A DNA stretch of 64,000 bases from positions 1,020,758 to 1,084,757 of the forward strand of contig MNCI01002706.1 in the NCBI GenBank assembly GCA_015680685.1, given 5' to 3'. Made by a program: the position numbers and the translations under genes. Numbering within the stretch: the first letter of the stretch is position 1; every line of letters begins with the position of its first letter. The DNA comes from Gnetum montanum (taxonomy: Eukaryota; Plantae; Gnetophyta). Shown here piece after piece: positions 61,511 to 64,000 of this stretch. The notes under the pieces were generated by a model. The model made no database searches. It was not told the origin of the DNA and saw nothing but the letters and a program-made list of their open reading frames with translations.

Positions 61511-64000
61511 TGATGAGTGGCGAGGTACCCCTACACTCAACCATATGAAACGAGCGTCGCACGTGCGATCCGGTCGAACTTCGCAGATGGACTAGTTGTG
61601 GTATCTAGATAGTTAGCCTTAGGTCGCAGTTCGCTGTCTTCCCATCTAGACTAGTTTTGCATATGTCACGTATGGTTTAGTCTAGATGAGGTGTATGATG
61701 TGTTCTAATTCTAATGCTACTCCTGATGGCAGTGGAAAATAATATTTAACTAAATCTAAGCTAAGAGGAAAAGGGTAAGAAAATCTAATCTAGCCTAAGT
61801 GCGACGAGCAACCGATTCCTTGATCAACCGTACACATCTTGGACTTCGTGCACGACTGCCACTGGGACTACCAAGCATAGGCCTAGGTACGCCACTGGGA
61901 TTACCAAGCGCAGACCCCAAATACGCCACTGGGTTACCAAGCGTAGATCCCCCTAGCTACACCACTGGGCTACCAAGCAGTCACACTTAAATGCTCGTAA
62001 TCAAGTCGAACTCGTTCCGCTTCTAGGAGTTTAGGGTTGAGAGACTAATCGCGATAAGTAACCGATTCCTTAACTAGCCGTACACACCCGTAGATGCTCG
62101 TAGTCAAGTCGTACTTACACCGCGCTATGAAAGCAATAAATAACATGAAATAAATAACAATAAATAAACTAAGTGAATGCTGCAATGATGAAGTAATCTC
62201 GATCTTTATTGCCGGTCATGTGCGTGTCCAAGTACGGCACACTCGAATAAAGACACCGTACAATCACATTCACCACACTGCGGGCAGACACGGGAAAATT
62301 CTAACTCTGGAGGGATCAAACTGCCAGAGCTTCGCTACACTAAAACTGGGATGTGAAATGAGGGAGAGCCGCCTCTTATTTATAGAAATTGCGGCTGACT
62401 GCGATATCGCATACGCGATATCGCGGCCCATGATACATCGCGACCCATGATACAACGTGGGTGCCTTATCGTGGGTGCCTTAAGGCGACCGCCAGCACTA
62501 TGAGCAATTCAGGTCTCATCATACCCCCACGACTGAATGAAAACTCGTCCTCGAGTTACAGTGATTACACAGTGGATAGGTATGGGATTATTAACTAGAA
62601 AAAGAAATGGGATGATGCCGCAGTGTGGGAAGAAAACAAAACAAAGACACAACACACAGAATATTTACAAAAATGGTGGAACTCATGTAGTTCTAGGTGG
62701 TGGTGGCTCCTCCATAGGTGTCTTTCCCTTTTCTTGCGCTCCAGGTCTGGGATTTGATAGCATTGAAGTACAGCCTGGAGTTTCTCCTCTTGTAAGGCCT
62801 TGAGTGCCTTGGCATGCATGTAAGTTTGCACTTGTGCCATAGAGGCAACCCAGAAAGCCTTCTCTTTTTCTTCTGCCACCCTTTTATTCTCTGTCAATAG
62901 TTTATTAAGTTACTGAGTTCTGAAAGTGTCCAGCTGGTTCTGAGCAACCTTTGGCCCTGTATTCGAAAGGTTTAATACTTCTAGAATGGCTTGAACAGAG
63001 AAATCAATAGTCACACCACAAATGTTGACCATGGTACCTTCTTCTTCATTGTGGCAAAATTGGTATGTTTCCCCTGAGTACCAGGCATTGCTTTCAGAGA
63101 GGGTATCTCTTACTTCTGCCTGCCCGGACCGTACGGTAGGAGGATCTTCTTGATGAACGCTGAATGATTATTCCTCCTATTCTACATGTTGTTCGGCAGG
63201 ATCTTGTCTTCCACCTCTCCGAGATTGTTCGATCGCACCTTGAGCAGGACCTTTCTGTTATCCATGTTTCAGAGCCATCTGCAATCACACGGGACCAATC
63301 GTTAGTAAGGTTGTTACCAAAGTTAGGTTATACCTTACTACTTGCCTTAATAGATTTACTTTATTTCCGTGTGATGTTAATTATTGGAAGAACATGACCC
63401 TGAAATATTATAATGTTGAGTCCTTTTTGCTTAGGTGGTTTCCAAATTTAATTTTCTGGTATACTAAGGGGATGAAATTATGTTTGACACATTTTCAACT
63501 CTTAATTTTAGAACTAATTACCCTTAAAGATGTCCTTCAGGCAATGATGAATTTCAAAAAATTTATGTGCTATTCGGCATGTGCCCCCTCCCCCATGACT
63601 AAGCTGAACACCCCGGGTTCTAGGTTCAAACGGAATGAAAATTGGAGTACCAGCAAGCGAGTTGGGGATATGAAAGCAAGGGATGCGCAATCGCAAGTCA
63701 TAGAGAATGTACCGAATTTTTAATATTTCTTTTGAAATTAATTGATGTAAACTAAGGACATATGGACTAAAGGGTTTCAGGGTAATCAACTAGTTCTGAA
63801 GGCACGAAAATTATGATGGTGTGTTATTTATCAATAAGGACCTTAGCTGGTAGGGAAAAAGGCTATGTGATGGTAATAAGGGAAAGAAAATCAATTNGGA
63901 AAAAGGTTATGTGATGGTAATAAGGGAAAGAAAATCAATTGAAAAATTAAGCTGAGGGTAAGAGATTGTGTGTTCTAGCTAGAGAATTAATGAAGATTAC
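61511..64000 (-). mobile_element. 3' portion of another element C-family copy (element E) with an internally deleted accessory ORF; continues beyond the window
   Basis: Full 3' LTR 61511-62521 (TGATGAG...CTCATCA) and PPT (minus cagtcgtgggggta, 62522-62535). 62560-64000 is colinear with 30575-34320 apart from four deletions. Confidence 0.9.

Noticed and set aside
63853-63945. ~43-bp direct duplication around a single N
   Set aside because: It straddles an N and is single-copy in the homologous region of element C (~34220-34255), so it is most likely a contig-join artefact.

Overview
This is plant nuclear DNA with spliceosomal introns, made mostly of old, nested Ty3/gypsy LTR retrotransposons heavily decayed by C>T/G>A change. 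There is one intact host gene, a 5-exon nuclear gene for mitochondrial ribosomal protein S18 (46331-50978, +). From left to right: (1) an Athila-like element (<1-29743) whose RT is split by a complete 19.2-kb Tat/Ogre-type element (2538-21766, TSD ATTCC); (2) an old solo LTR (30025-38839) holding a pol-less relative of the same Athila-like family (30133-38031, -, TSD GCTAT); (3) a 3.4-kb gag-only chromovirus-type element (41119-44501, -); (4) the S18 gene; (5) an intronless, stop-riddled CCR4-type deadenylase pseudogene (~52850-53946) that the ORF track misses; (6) a second Athila-like element (53947-61139) followed by two more nested LTR insertions running off the window. Three observations stand out. 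First, the Tat element has an apparent ~6.4-kb intron between protease and RT that contains an antisense, multi-intron accessory gene. Second, the Athila-like family carries a ~900-codon accessory ORF with its own TATA promoter and mini-intron, and the motif array upstream of it matches each copy's own LTR. Third, the CCR4 retrocopy sits in TE-like context. All alignments and translations were done by eye and no database search was run.
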